64,000 nucleotides of DNA, taken from NCBI GenBank assembly GCA_963803435.1, contig CAWDML010000008.1:480001-544000 (forward strand), in the 5' to 3' direction. Position 1 is the stretch's first letter. Every line of letters starts with the position of its first letter. Positions 1 through 7,721 of the stretch are shown in pieces. Both the position numbers and the translations under genes were made by a program. The notes below the pieces were generated by a model. That model was not told where the DNA came from and ran no database searches. It worked only from the letters and a program-made list of their open reading frames with translations. The DNA is from an uncultured delta proteobacterium. GTDB lineage: Bacteria > Myxococcota > Kuafuiibacteriia > Kuafuiibacteriales > Kuafuiibacteriaceae.

Positions 1-2008
1 CCTGGAACGTGCCGCCGGTCTCGCGGGTCAGCAGAGGATAACGCTCGCTCGGGGTCAGCCACGGATCGTCGAGGCAGACGGGTGCGTCGGGATCGCCGGC
101 GATGGCGTGGACGGTGATCCGGTCGGGCCGGTAGCTCCCCTTGACCGAGTAGAGGTAGTCCCGGAAGGCGAGGTTGCTGGCGGTCGACTGATCCTCCTCG
201 TCCGAGACGAAGATCAGCGCCAGGTCCGCCTCCTTGCGGAGGAAGTGGGGCAGGGGGTTGGGATCGGACTCGGGATCGATCGCGCGGGACAGCCCGGCGA
301 TCGCCTGGGTGATCGGTGCAGGCGGTGACTCGTTCGAGTAGCCGACGCGGAGCGCGCACGTGAGCGCGTCGAGCCGGCGCGCGGCGTCGCCGTACGAGGG
401 ATCGAGCTGATACGGGTGGGGCGAGCAGGCGTACGGCCAGCCGGGGCTTCGGACCGACTCGGGTCCCGGGAGCACCGCGAAGTGGAAGCTCGTGCCTTCC
501 AGCCGGCCGGCGAGGGCCGAGGCGCCGGCTTGCAGTCGATCCTCCTCGCCCTGCATCGATCGACTGTTGTCGATCACCATCAGCAGATCGACGGTGGCGG
601 CCGCCGGCGCGGTGAACGTCTCCACCCTCGGCCCGGGTGCGATGGTGCGGCCCGACAGCGTGATGGTCCGTGTGCCGTCGCGGCCGTTGTGCTCGACGAT
701 CAGCTTCGCGCTCCGCTCCGGGGTCGTCGCGGTCGCGGGCGCGAACCGGATCAGCACCTGCCCCGAAGAACCGGAGGGGATCGTGAGCGGCGGGGTCGGG
801 TCGGGAAGCATCGCGCCGTCGATCAGCACGCCCTCCACGGTGAAGGCCGGGTCGCCCTGCAGCGTCAGCGCGTCGACGAGGGTGCGCGCCTTGCCGACCG
901 CCAGCAGCGGGACACGCTCGAGGTGCTCGCTGCAGCCGGCGACCACGCTTCCGAAGTCGATCGCGGGGACGGTGAGCAACTCCGGGATCACCGCGGTTCC
1001 GTGGAGGGGGACGCGGATCTGTCGATTGAGCGCGTCGTCGGTCATGATGTTGAGGCGGCCGTCGTCTCCGAACTCGCTGAAGGGGAGGTAGTCGAGCATC
1101 ACGTTCGCCTCTCCGAACGGCGGGACCACGATCGGGAACTGCGCTTGATCGACGTCGAAGAAGTAGTACCCGTTGAACACGTGTGCGGAGTGGATGTTCG
1201 CCGGCTCGGTGCACGAGCTGTAGACGCTCACCGCGCCGTGCCCGCGCACGCCCAGGTCGGTGTCTGGGAAGGTGAGGGAGCGCGGGAAGACGCCGAGGCA
1301 GCTCCAGAGCGGGAGCGCACCCTGGAAGCTCACCAGGATCTCGCTGCCGTCGCGCTCCTTCACGTGGAGCTGGCGGACGGGCGCGCCGGGAACCTCGGTG
1401 CGCTGGATGTGCTGGGCGTGGAGCACCAGCTCGCCGCCGGCCGCGATCACGTAGGGAACGGCGGGCGCGTCGAGGACGCGGAAGAGATCGCGTCCCTCCA
1501 TGAAGAACCGGGTTACCTCGCAGTCCGACTTGCTGTCGTTGTAGACGTAGACCTCTCGGACCTCGTCGAGGTCGAACCGCTGGAATGCGGGCCAGCCGGA
1601 GAGCCGGCAGCGCTCGCGCGCGTGTCCGCGGACGGGGTAGCGCGCCTCCGGCAGGCGGGGATCGTTGGTCTCGATCACCAGGACTGTCTCGGAGTCTCCA
1701 TGGAGCACGGGCTCGTAGCGCACGAAGACCTCGCCATAGTCGTTGGGCTCGACGCGCTTGTTGAAGCTGCTCACCCGGATCGGCCCCGCAGTCTCGACGT
1801 GCGCCGAGATGGTGAGCGGGCTGTCGCCCTCGTTCCGGGTGGTGACGATCCGCGGAGCCGCCGCGTTCTTCTGCAGCACCACGTCTTCGAACACGATCGG
1901 CGTGCCCGGCTCCGGCACCAGGACGGCCACCGGAGCGACGCGTCCCAGCGTCCCCTCCTCGGGGCAGCCGCCGAGGAGGAGCAGCCCAAGGGCGAACAGG
2001 CCCCTCAT
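1..2008 (-). CDS. Lipoprotein with Ig-like (choice-of-anchor D/ASH-like) repeats and C-terminal VWA domain; 3' end runs off the window
   Basis: Not in the ORF track because there is no stop in the window. ATG at 2008 overlaps the upstream stop (ATGA). Manual translation gives MRGLFALGLLLLGGC (lipobox), beta-rich repeats, a MIDAS-type DLLMVIDNSRSM and LIFVSDEED. Confidence 0.75.
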   Translation of the reverse strand, partial: MRGLFALGLLLLGGCPEEGTLGRVAPVAVLVPEPGTPIVFEDVVLQKNAAAPRIVTTRNEGDSPLTISAHVETAGPIRVSSFNKRVEPNDYGEVFVRYEPVLHGDSETVLVIETNDPRLPEARYPVRGHARERCRLSGWPAFQRFDLDEVREVYVYNDSKSDCEVTRFFMEGRDLFRVLDAPAVPYVIAAGGELVLHAQHIQRTEVPGAPVRQLHVKERDGSEILVSFQGALPLWSCLGVFPRSLTFPDTDLGVRGHGAVSVYSSCTEPANIHSAHVFNGYYFFDVDQAQFPIVVPPFGEANVMLDYLPFSEFGDDGRLNIMTDDALNRQIRVPLHGTAVIPELLTVPAIDFGSVVAGCSEHLERVPLLAVGKARTLVDALTLQGDPAFTVEGVLIDGAMLPDPTPPLTIPSGSSGQVLIRFAPATATTPERSAKLIVEHNGRDGTRTITLSGRTIAPGPRVETFTAPAAATVDLLMVIDNSRSMQGEEDRLQAGASALAGRLEGTSFHFAVLPGPESVRSPGWPYACSPHPYQLDPSYGDAARRLDALTCALRVGYSNESPPAPITQAIAGLSRAIDPESDPNPLPHFLRKEADLALIFVSDEEDQSTASNLAFRDYLYSVKGSYRPDRITVHAIAGDPDAPVCLDDPWLTPSERYPLLTRETGGTFQ

Positions 2009-3186
2009 ATCCGCCGCCTCACTCGGGGCGCCAGCAGGAGGAGCAGCCCGAAGAGCACGAAGCAGGAGGATCCCGGCCGGCGACCGGCGCAGGTGCATCC
2101 GCTGTCCTTTGCGAGGGTCCGGCTGCCCGCGTCGTAGAAGCCGGCGTCCGGATCGGGATGGATTTGATGGCCGGGATTCTCGCCGGCGTCGAAGAATCCG
2201 GCGTCCGGCATCGGCGGGCGCTCCTTCAACGTCACGGTGATGTGGTCCTCGTCCTCCTGCCCGGCGCTGTCGTATCCACGGGCGAGCAGCTCGTGCTCAC
2301 CGAGGGCGAGGTCGGGTGAGGTGTTGAAGCCGTAGGGCGCCGCGGTGGCCGTCCCGACCGACACCCCGTCGATGAAGAGCTCGACGTGATCGACGGCGTG
2401 GTCCTCCTGGACATCGACGTACACGCGGAAGAGGGGAACGACCTCCTCCTCATCCTCCGGGACCACGATCGCCACCAGCGGCTCGTAGTCGACGGGCGTG
2501 ACGCGCTTTCCGAGCACCTTCAAGAGCCCGAGGTAGGAGTTCTGGATGCGGCCGCCGCAGTAGCACTCGCGCGGATCGAACTCTCCGCACTGGGCGTCGA
2601 CGCGCTGGAAGGCCTTCGTCCCGCACGAGGGCAGATAGGTCATCGGATCGTCGCACAGCATCTGGTGATCGAGACCGTAGGTATGACCGGACTCCTGCCC
2701 GACGGTGTTGCACAACGCGATCGGGTTCTCGTATTGGCCCGCGAAGCTGAAGTTGATCCCGTTGTCCACGACCTCGCACGCGAACGGAGCGATACCGCCG
2801 ATCCCGGCCCGGCCGATCTCCGAGGGGAAGCCGGCGACGATGCTCTCGACGTGCGGGACGTCGCCCGGATCGCGATCGGTCACCTGGATCTCGAACGGCT
2901 CGTAGAGCTTCTGCACGCAGCGGAGCGTCTGCTTCCACTTCACGTTTCCCCACGAGAACTCCGAGATGGTGGAAACCTCGTTGACGATCGAGGAGTGGTC
3001 GGTCCTCGAGTCCTCACCACCGGGATAGAGCGTGCATCCACCGGCGCAGCGGTTGAGAAAGAGGATCCGAGGCGAGGGTACGAGCGATCGTGCCGTGGAG
3101 GCGAGCTCGGGATGGACCTCGAACGTGCCGCGCGGGGCCTCCGCCTCGCAGCCCGCCAGCACCAGGAGCAGGAGCAGCCGTCGCAT
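2005..3186 (-). CDS. Secreted metzincin-like protein with Ig-like domain and MYXO-CTERM-like tail
   Basis: Lipobox VLAGC; QESGHTYGLDH (variant of HExxHxxGxxH) followed by a Met-turn-like DPM; Ig-like VELFIDG..APY..G.H.L; ends in GCTC, a hydrophobic stretch and RRR. Confidence 0.7.
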   Translation of the reverse strand: MRRLLLLLVLAGCEAEAPRGTFEVHPELASTARSLVPSPRILFLNRCAGGCTLYPGGEDSRTDHSSIVNEVSTISEFSWGNVKWKQTLRCVQKLYEPFEIQVTDRDPGDVPHVESIVAGFPSEIGRAGIGGIAPFACEVVDNGINFSFAGQYENPIALCNTVGQESGHTYGLDHQMLCDDPMTYLPSCGTKAFQRVDAQCGEFDPRECYCGGRIQNSYLGLLKVLGKRVTPVDYEPLVAIVVPEDEEEVVPLFRVYVDVQEDHAVDHVELFIDGVSVGTATAAPYGFNTSPDLALGEHELLARGYDSAGQEDEDHITVTLKERPPMPDAGFFDAGENPGHQIHPDPDAGFYDAGSRTLAKDSGCTCAGRRPGSSCFVLFGLLLLLAPRVRRRI

Positions 3187-3294
3187 TCAGCGGGCGCAGA
3201 GTAGAGCACCTTTTGGACCACGGCGACCGTCAGCGGGTTTGCGGACAAACCTTCGAGATCCTGAGGCCTCCTCGTCGGCGTTCGTTTTCGATCG

Positions 3295-4251
3295 TCAGAA
3301 GGCGCTCATCTTGGTGCCCAGCAGCAACCAGCCGGAGATGCGGAGGACGCCGGTCTGCCGCTCGATCCAGGGCGCATAGCCGAAGCTCAGGTCGGCGAAG
3401 AAGTCTCCGAACATGAGCCGTCCGAGGAGCGCGAAGCCCACCGCCCAAGGGTCGATGAACCGCTGGCCGCGGGTATCGTCGTCGAAGACGGCGGCGTCGG
3501 CCACCACCGCGACGGAGCCCCAGGACCAGCGGGCCTCGGGACCGGCGCGGACCATGGCGTAGCGCTCGACCCACCACTCCGCCCAGGCGGCGCCCGCGAG
3601 CGGGATGGCGTAGGGCGTCAGGCCGCCGAGGCGCGTCTTGGTGAGATCGTCGAGCCCGTCAGCGAGGCCGGCGTACAGCTCGACGCGCGGGCCGACCGTC
3701 CAGTCCGGCCGCCAGGCGCCGTGCAGAGCCGCGCGCCCGGAGACGAAGCCGTCGCGAAGATCGGCGCCGCCCGACAGCTCGAAGCTCGCAGTCGGCGACC
3801 ACCAGCCGAGGAGGGCCTCCGGCGTGATCACGAAGGTCGGCTCGGGCTTGTCGGCGGTGGTGTCGTCGGACCGGCGCAGGAACAGGTAACCCTGCGCGGC
3901 GCCGCGCAGGCCGGTGTAGAAGCCGGCCGGCAGGTACTCGACGAAGCCCGCCGCCACGTCGAGGTGGGGCACGACGAACGCGCGCGACCGATCCCGGCCG
4001 CCGCGTGTCCACGGTGAGATGAACATCTGCGACGCATAACCCTCCGCCCGAAGGCCCAGGTACGCGCGCCCGCTCTCGTGCTTTGGTCGCCACCAGACCT
4101 CGAGCGTGTCGGTGACCAGCTCGAGCGCGAAGCTGTCCTTCTCCACCCCCGCGTTGACCACGCCGTGGGGATCGCTGTCGACCTGTCCACCGCCCTCGGC
4201 GTGCCAGGTCCAGGGCGCCGCGAGCAGCAGCAGGGCTTCCTGATACCTCAA
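3295..4251 (-). CDS. Hypothetical protein, possibly an outer-membrane beta-barrel
   Basis: 318 aa with an N-terminal hydrophobic stretch, aromatic-rich alternating strands and a C-terminal Phe. Confidence 0.5.
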   Translation of the reverse strand: MRYQEALLLLAAPWTWHAEGGGQVDSDPHGVVNAGVEKDSFALELVTDTLEVWWRPKHESGRAYLGLRAEGYASQMFISPWTRGGRDRSRAFVVPHLDVAAGFVEYLPAGFYTGLRGAAQGYLFLRRSDDTTADKPEPTFVITPEALLGWWSPTASFELSGGADLRDGFVSGRAALHGAWRPDWTVGPRVELYAGLADGLDDLTKTRLGGLTPYAIPLAGAAWAEWWVERYAMVRAGPEARWSWGSVAVVADAAVFDDDTRGQRFIDPWAVGFALLGRLMFGDFFADLSFGYAPWIERQTGVLRISGWLLLGTKMSAF

Positions 4252-4267
4252 GCTTCGATTATGCTGC

Positions 4268-5668
4268 GTGACCTCGCCGATGGGGAATCCGACGAGGAGG
4301 GAGTTGGAGAAGCTCGCCGAACGGCTGGATCAGAACCCCAACTACGAGTTCCTCGACGTCCTCCGTCTCCGACACCCCGACCAGATCAACGGGATCGATC
4401 GCTACCGAGCGGGCGATCTGATCCGCGTCCATCGATCCGACGGCGACTGGTCGCTGGGTGTGGTGACCGCGCGCGCGACGAAGGGCAGGCTGCGCATCCT
4501 GGTCCGCTCGAAGCCGGACGGCGCGCTCTCGGTGAAGGAGCTCTCCGAGGAGTCGGTCGTCTCTGCGAACCCGCTCAAGATCGGCGACTTCATCCAGATC
4601 GACAATGCACCGTTCTGGGTGGCCGGCCTCGACCTCGACGGCGAGCTCCTGGTGGTCACGCGATCGAGCCAGCGCGTCGATCCCAACGAGCTGGCCCAGC
4701 GGCTACGGAAGCGCGTCGAGGAGCGAGACAGCGAGATCACCGTCCAGCTGAGCCCCACCGATCGCGAGCGCCTGCTCGGCACCGACGATCCCGCGGGTGC
4801 CGTCACCACCCGGCCCCCGACCCGTCCGCTCTCGGTGGCGCGTCCGGTCTCTCCCGGCCCCTATCTGCCGATCGAGTCGATCCTCAACGCCAACAGCGGC
4901 TACGGACTGTGGGCCGGCAACAAGGAGACGGAGACGGTCTTCGATCTCAAGAGCCCGCTGGCGGGCGCTGCGCTCCACACGAGCCGCGGGCACAACTACA
5001 AGAGCTGGAACGAGGACGGCGGCGCGCTGTTCGCCGACAGCAACGGGCGGCTCTACCTGGGCGTCTTCGATCAGGCGGGCGGCGAGGGCTCGGACGAGAA
5101 CGCCCGCGGCGCCGCCTCGGCGATCGCCGCCGAGATGCTGTTCGACGAGATGCAGACGATCGCCGAGGCGAACGGCGACCACGACGAGGCGGAGGCCGCG
5201 CTGGTGCGCGCCGCCACCCGCGCGCACCACGCGATCCTCGAGCGGGCCAAGGGCGAGGTCACCACCTTCATTGGCGGGATGATCGACGCGAAGCAGGCCA
5301 CGCTCGTGAACGTCGGCGACTCGGGTGCCATGCACTTCGATCGAAAGGGCCGGCACCTGCGGACCACCGAGGCACAGGGGGTCGGGCGCCTGCTCCTCGA
5401 GGGGTTGGGCATGGTGAGAAAGCGCGGCTTCTCGCATCAGGCCTACCGCTGGCCGGTGGCGAAGGGCGACCTCTTGATCTTCGGCTCCGACGGGCTCTTC
5501 GACTCCAAGCTCGAACCGGAGGAGATCGGGAAGATGGCAGCCCGCGCCAAGACCGCGGCCGACGCCACCCGAAAGCTCCGCGACGTGGTGAGTGAACGGA
5601 TGCGGATCAAGAAGGCGAAGCCGGACAACCTCACCGTGCTGGTGGTGCGGGTCGGCGAGAGCGGTTAG
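4268..5668 (+). CDS. PP2C/PPM-family Ser/Thr phosphatase with an unknown N-terminal domain
   Basis: PPM motifs NED, GVFDQAGG, NVGDS, SDGL and DNLT in the C-terminal half. Confidence 0.75.
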   Translation: MTSPMGNPTRRELEKLAERLDQNPNYEFLDVLRLRHPDQINGIDRYRAGDLIRVHRSDGDWSLGVVTARATKGRLRILVRSKPDGALSVKELSEESVVSANPLKIGDFIQIDNAPFWVAGLDLDGELLVVTRSSQRVDPNELAQRLRKRVEERDSEITVQLSPTDRERLLGTDDPAGAVTTRPPTRPLSVARPVSPGPYLPIESILNANSGYGLWAGNKETETVFDLKSPLAGAALHTSRGHNYKSWNEDGGALFADSNGRLYLGVFDQAGGEGSDENARGAASAIAAEMLFDEMQTIAEANGDHDEAEAALVRAATRAHHAILERAKGEVTTFIGGMIDAKQATLVNVGDSGAMHFDRKGRHLRTTEAQGVGRLLLEGLGMVRKRGFSHQAYRWPVAKGDLLIFGSDGLFDSKLEPEEIGKMAARAKTAADATRKLRDVVSERMRIKKAKPDNLTVLVVRVGESG

Positions 5669-6309
5669 GGCGAGGTCTGCTGCGCCTCGATGAGGAGGCG
5701 GATCGCCAGCGCGCTCATGTTCGAGAGGTCCGTCTTCGTCAGGATGCTGGTGACGTGGTTGGCGTACGTCTTCGAGGAGATTCCGAGCGTCCGGATGATC
5801 TCCTCGCGCGTCCGCCCGTCGACGTGCAGCTGAACGATCTCTTTCTCTCGGGGCGTCAGCTTCCAGCGCGCGGCCTCCCGCTCGACGATGTGCGTGCGTG
5901 CATCGACGCCGGGCGTGCGCGGGACGAGCGCGCGGACGAACTCGTCGAGCATCGAGGCCGAGATCGGCTTCAGCGCGACGTGTGCGCCGAGGGTGGCGGC
6001 ACGGTTGATCAGATCGCGCTCGAACATCCCCGTCAGCACGAGCACGTCGATCCGATCGAGGAGCGTGCGGTGCTCCTCCAGCAGATCGAGCCCCGAACCG
6101 TCGGGGAGACCGACGTCCACGATCAAGCAGCGCTCGGGCGTCTCACGCGCCAGCGTCTCTCTTGCCGCTTCGATCGTTGCGACCACGTTGACAGATCCAT
6201 GTCGCTGAAGAACGCGTCTCACGCTGTCGGCGACCAGCGGATCGTCTTCCACCACAAGAAACTGTGGGACCCCCTCCACAGCGAGTTGCATCGCCCGAGA
6301 GTCTGCCAT
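5665..6309 (-). CDS. Response regulator (REC + LuxR HTH)
   Basis: LVVEDD, IVDVGLPDGSG, VLTG and KP receiver motifs; LTPREKEI...G..REEI...LGIS.KT LuxR HTH. Confidence 0.88.
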   Translation of the reverse strand: MADSRAMQLAVEGVPQFLVVEDDPLVADSVRRVLQRHGSVNVVATIEAARETLARETPERCLIVDVGLPDGSGLDLLEEHRTLLDRIDVLVLTGMFERDLINRAATLGAHVALKPISASMLDEFVRALVPRTPGVDARTHIVEREAARWKLTPREKEIVQLHVDGRTREEIIRTLGISSKTYANHVTSILTKTDLSNMSALAIRLLIEAQQTSP

Positions 6310-6374
6310 CAGGGACGACGTATCGAAACCGTGATGAGAACGATCGCACGTGCTCTAGGATGCAGCTCCCAGTT

Positions 6375-7721
6375 TCAGGGCGCCGGTAGGGTGAGCCGTT
6401 CGTGTCCTTCCGATCGGATCGTGATGGTCCGCGCGAGCCGTACGGCGAGTGTCGCAGGATCGATCAACGTCACTCGATGCACGCCTGCGGGCAGCCGGGC
6501 CTCGAACAACGGGGTTGGGCCCATGTCTTTGCCGTCGATCTGCACCAAGGCAAACGGATGGGCCCCGACGGTGAGGTAGCCGAACCGCGGCGCGACGACC
6601 ACTGCCGATGACCTTCGCAGTGGCTCCGCGGGACGAGGCGCCAAGGGCGGCGGGGGGCGGGGCACCTCGGGGACCGACGGATCCGCCAGGGTGATCGCGA
6701 GGAGCAGGCCCAGCGCCGCACCGATCATCGCGGACAACGCGATCCAGCTCTGTCGGACTCGGTGCGGCGGGCGGTGGGCCGGTCGTCGCGGTGCGCGACG
6801 CAGCAGCTCGGCCAGCCGCCGGCGCTGCTGCGCCCGCGCCTCGGCCAGCTCGTGAATGACCAGCTCCTCGAGCGTCTCACCCTCGAGCGTCCGGACGGCC
6901 CCCTCGAGGTCCAGCGCCATCGCGTGCGCGTCGGGGTAGCGTGCGCTCGGGTCGCGCGACAGACCGCGGAGCGCGATCCGGTCGAGCGCCTCCGGCACGC
7001 CCGGGACGATCGAGGAGGGTGTGCGCGGAGATCGATCGAGCAGCGCGACCACCTCGGCGAGCTCGAGGTCGCCGCGAAGACGCCGTCCCGTGAGCAGCTC
7101 GAAGAGGACGTTGGCGAGGCCCCAGACGTCGGTCCTCCCGTCGACCGGCTCTCCTCCGATCTGCTCGGGCGCCATGTACGCGATCTTTCCTCGGAGCCGA
7201 CCGATCGCAGTGGTGGGCGCAGTCCGATCGCGCATGAGCGCGATCCCGAAGTCGAGGATCTTCACGTGACCCTGGAAGGTCACCATCAAGTTCGAGGGGC
7301 TGACGTCGCGGTGCACGACCTGGAGCGGGTGGCCCTCGGCGTCGGCGAGGGTGTGCGCCGCATGGAGACCGCGGCAGGCCTGCGCCACGATCTCCGCAGC
7401 GACCCTGGGCGGCAGGGGACCGCGCTCGGCGAGCCAGGATTCCACCGAGACACCCTGAACGTACTCCATCGCCAGGAAGAGGACCCCGTCATCGTCGCCG
7501 AAGTCGTGCACGCGCACGACGGTCGGGTGCTCGATCCGCGCGATCAGACGAGCCTCGTCGAGGAAGAGTCGTCGGACCTCGTCGCGATCCTGGAGCTCGG
7601 GCCGGATCATCTTGACGGCCAAGAGCTGCGTGAACTCCGGCCTTCCGGTCCGGGCGAGCAGCACGGAGCCCATTCCTCCGGCGCCGAGCGGGCCGAGGAT
7701 CTCGAGCTCGCCGCGTCTCAG
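6375..7721 (-). CDS. Hanks-type Ser/Thr protein kinase with TM helix and C-terminal PEGA-like domain
   Basis: GAGGMG, AVK, HRDVSPSN, DFG, YMAPE and DVWGL. Only the 3' part of track ORF 6375..9935 is real. The start is uncertain (CTG overlapping the upstream stop). Confidence 0.85.
   Translation of the reverse strand: MRRGELEILGPLGAGGMGSVLLARTGRPEFTQLLAVKMIRPELQDRDEVRRLFLDEARLIARIEHPTVVRVHDFGDDDGVLFLAMEYVQGVSVESWLAERGPLPPRVAAEIVAQACRGLHAAHTLADAEGHPLQVVHRDVSPSNLMVTFQGHVKILDFGIALMRDRTAPTTAIGRLRGKIAYMAPEQIGGEPVDGRTDVWGLANVLFELLTGRRLRGDLELAEVVALLDRSPRTPSSIVPGVPEALDRIALRGLSRDPSARYPDAHAMALDLEGAVRTLEGETLEELVIHELAEARAQQRRRLAELLRRAPRRPAHRPPHRVRQSWIALSAMIGAALGLLLAITLADPSVPEVPRPPPPLAPRPAEPLRRSSAVVVAPRFGYLTVGAHPFALVQIDGKDMGPTPLFEARLPAGVHRVTLIDPATLAVRLARTITIRSEGHERLTLPAP

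Noticed and set aside
416-2137. 573-aa plus-strand ORF and similar long ORFs (13008..15329, 18444..20618, 41612..43933, 50625..52382 and others)
   Set aside because: Antisense shadows of real genes in high-GC DNA; Arg/Gly/Ala-rich with no motifs.
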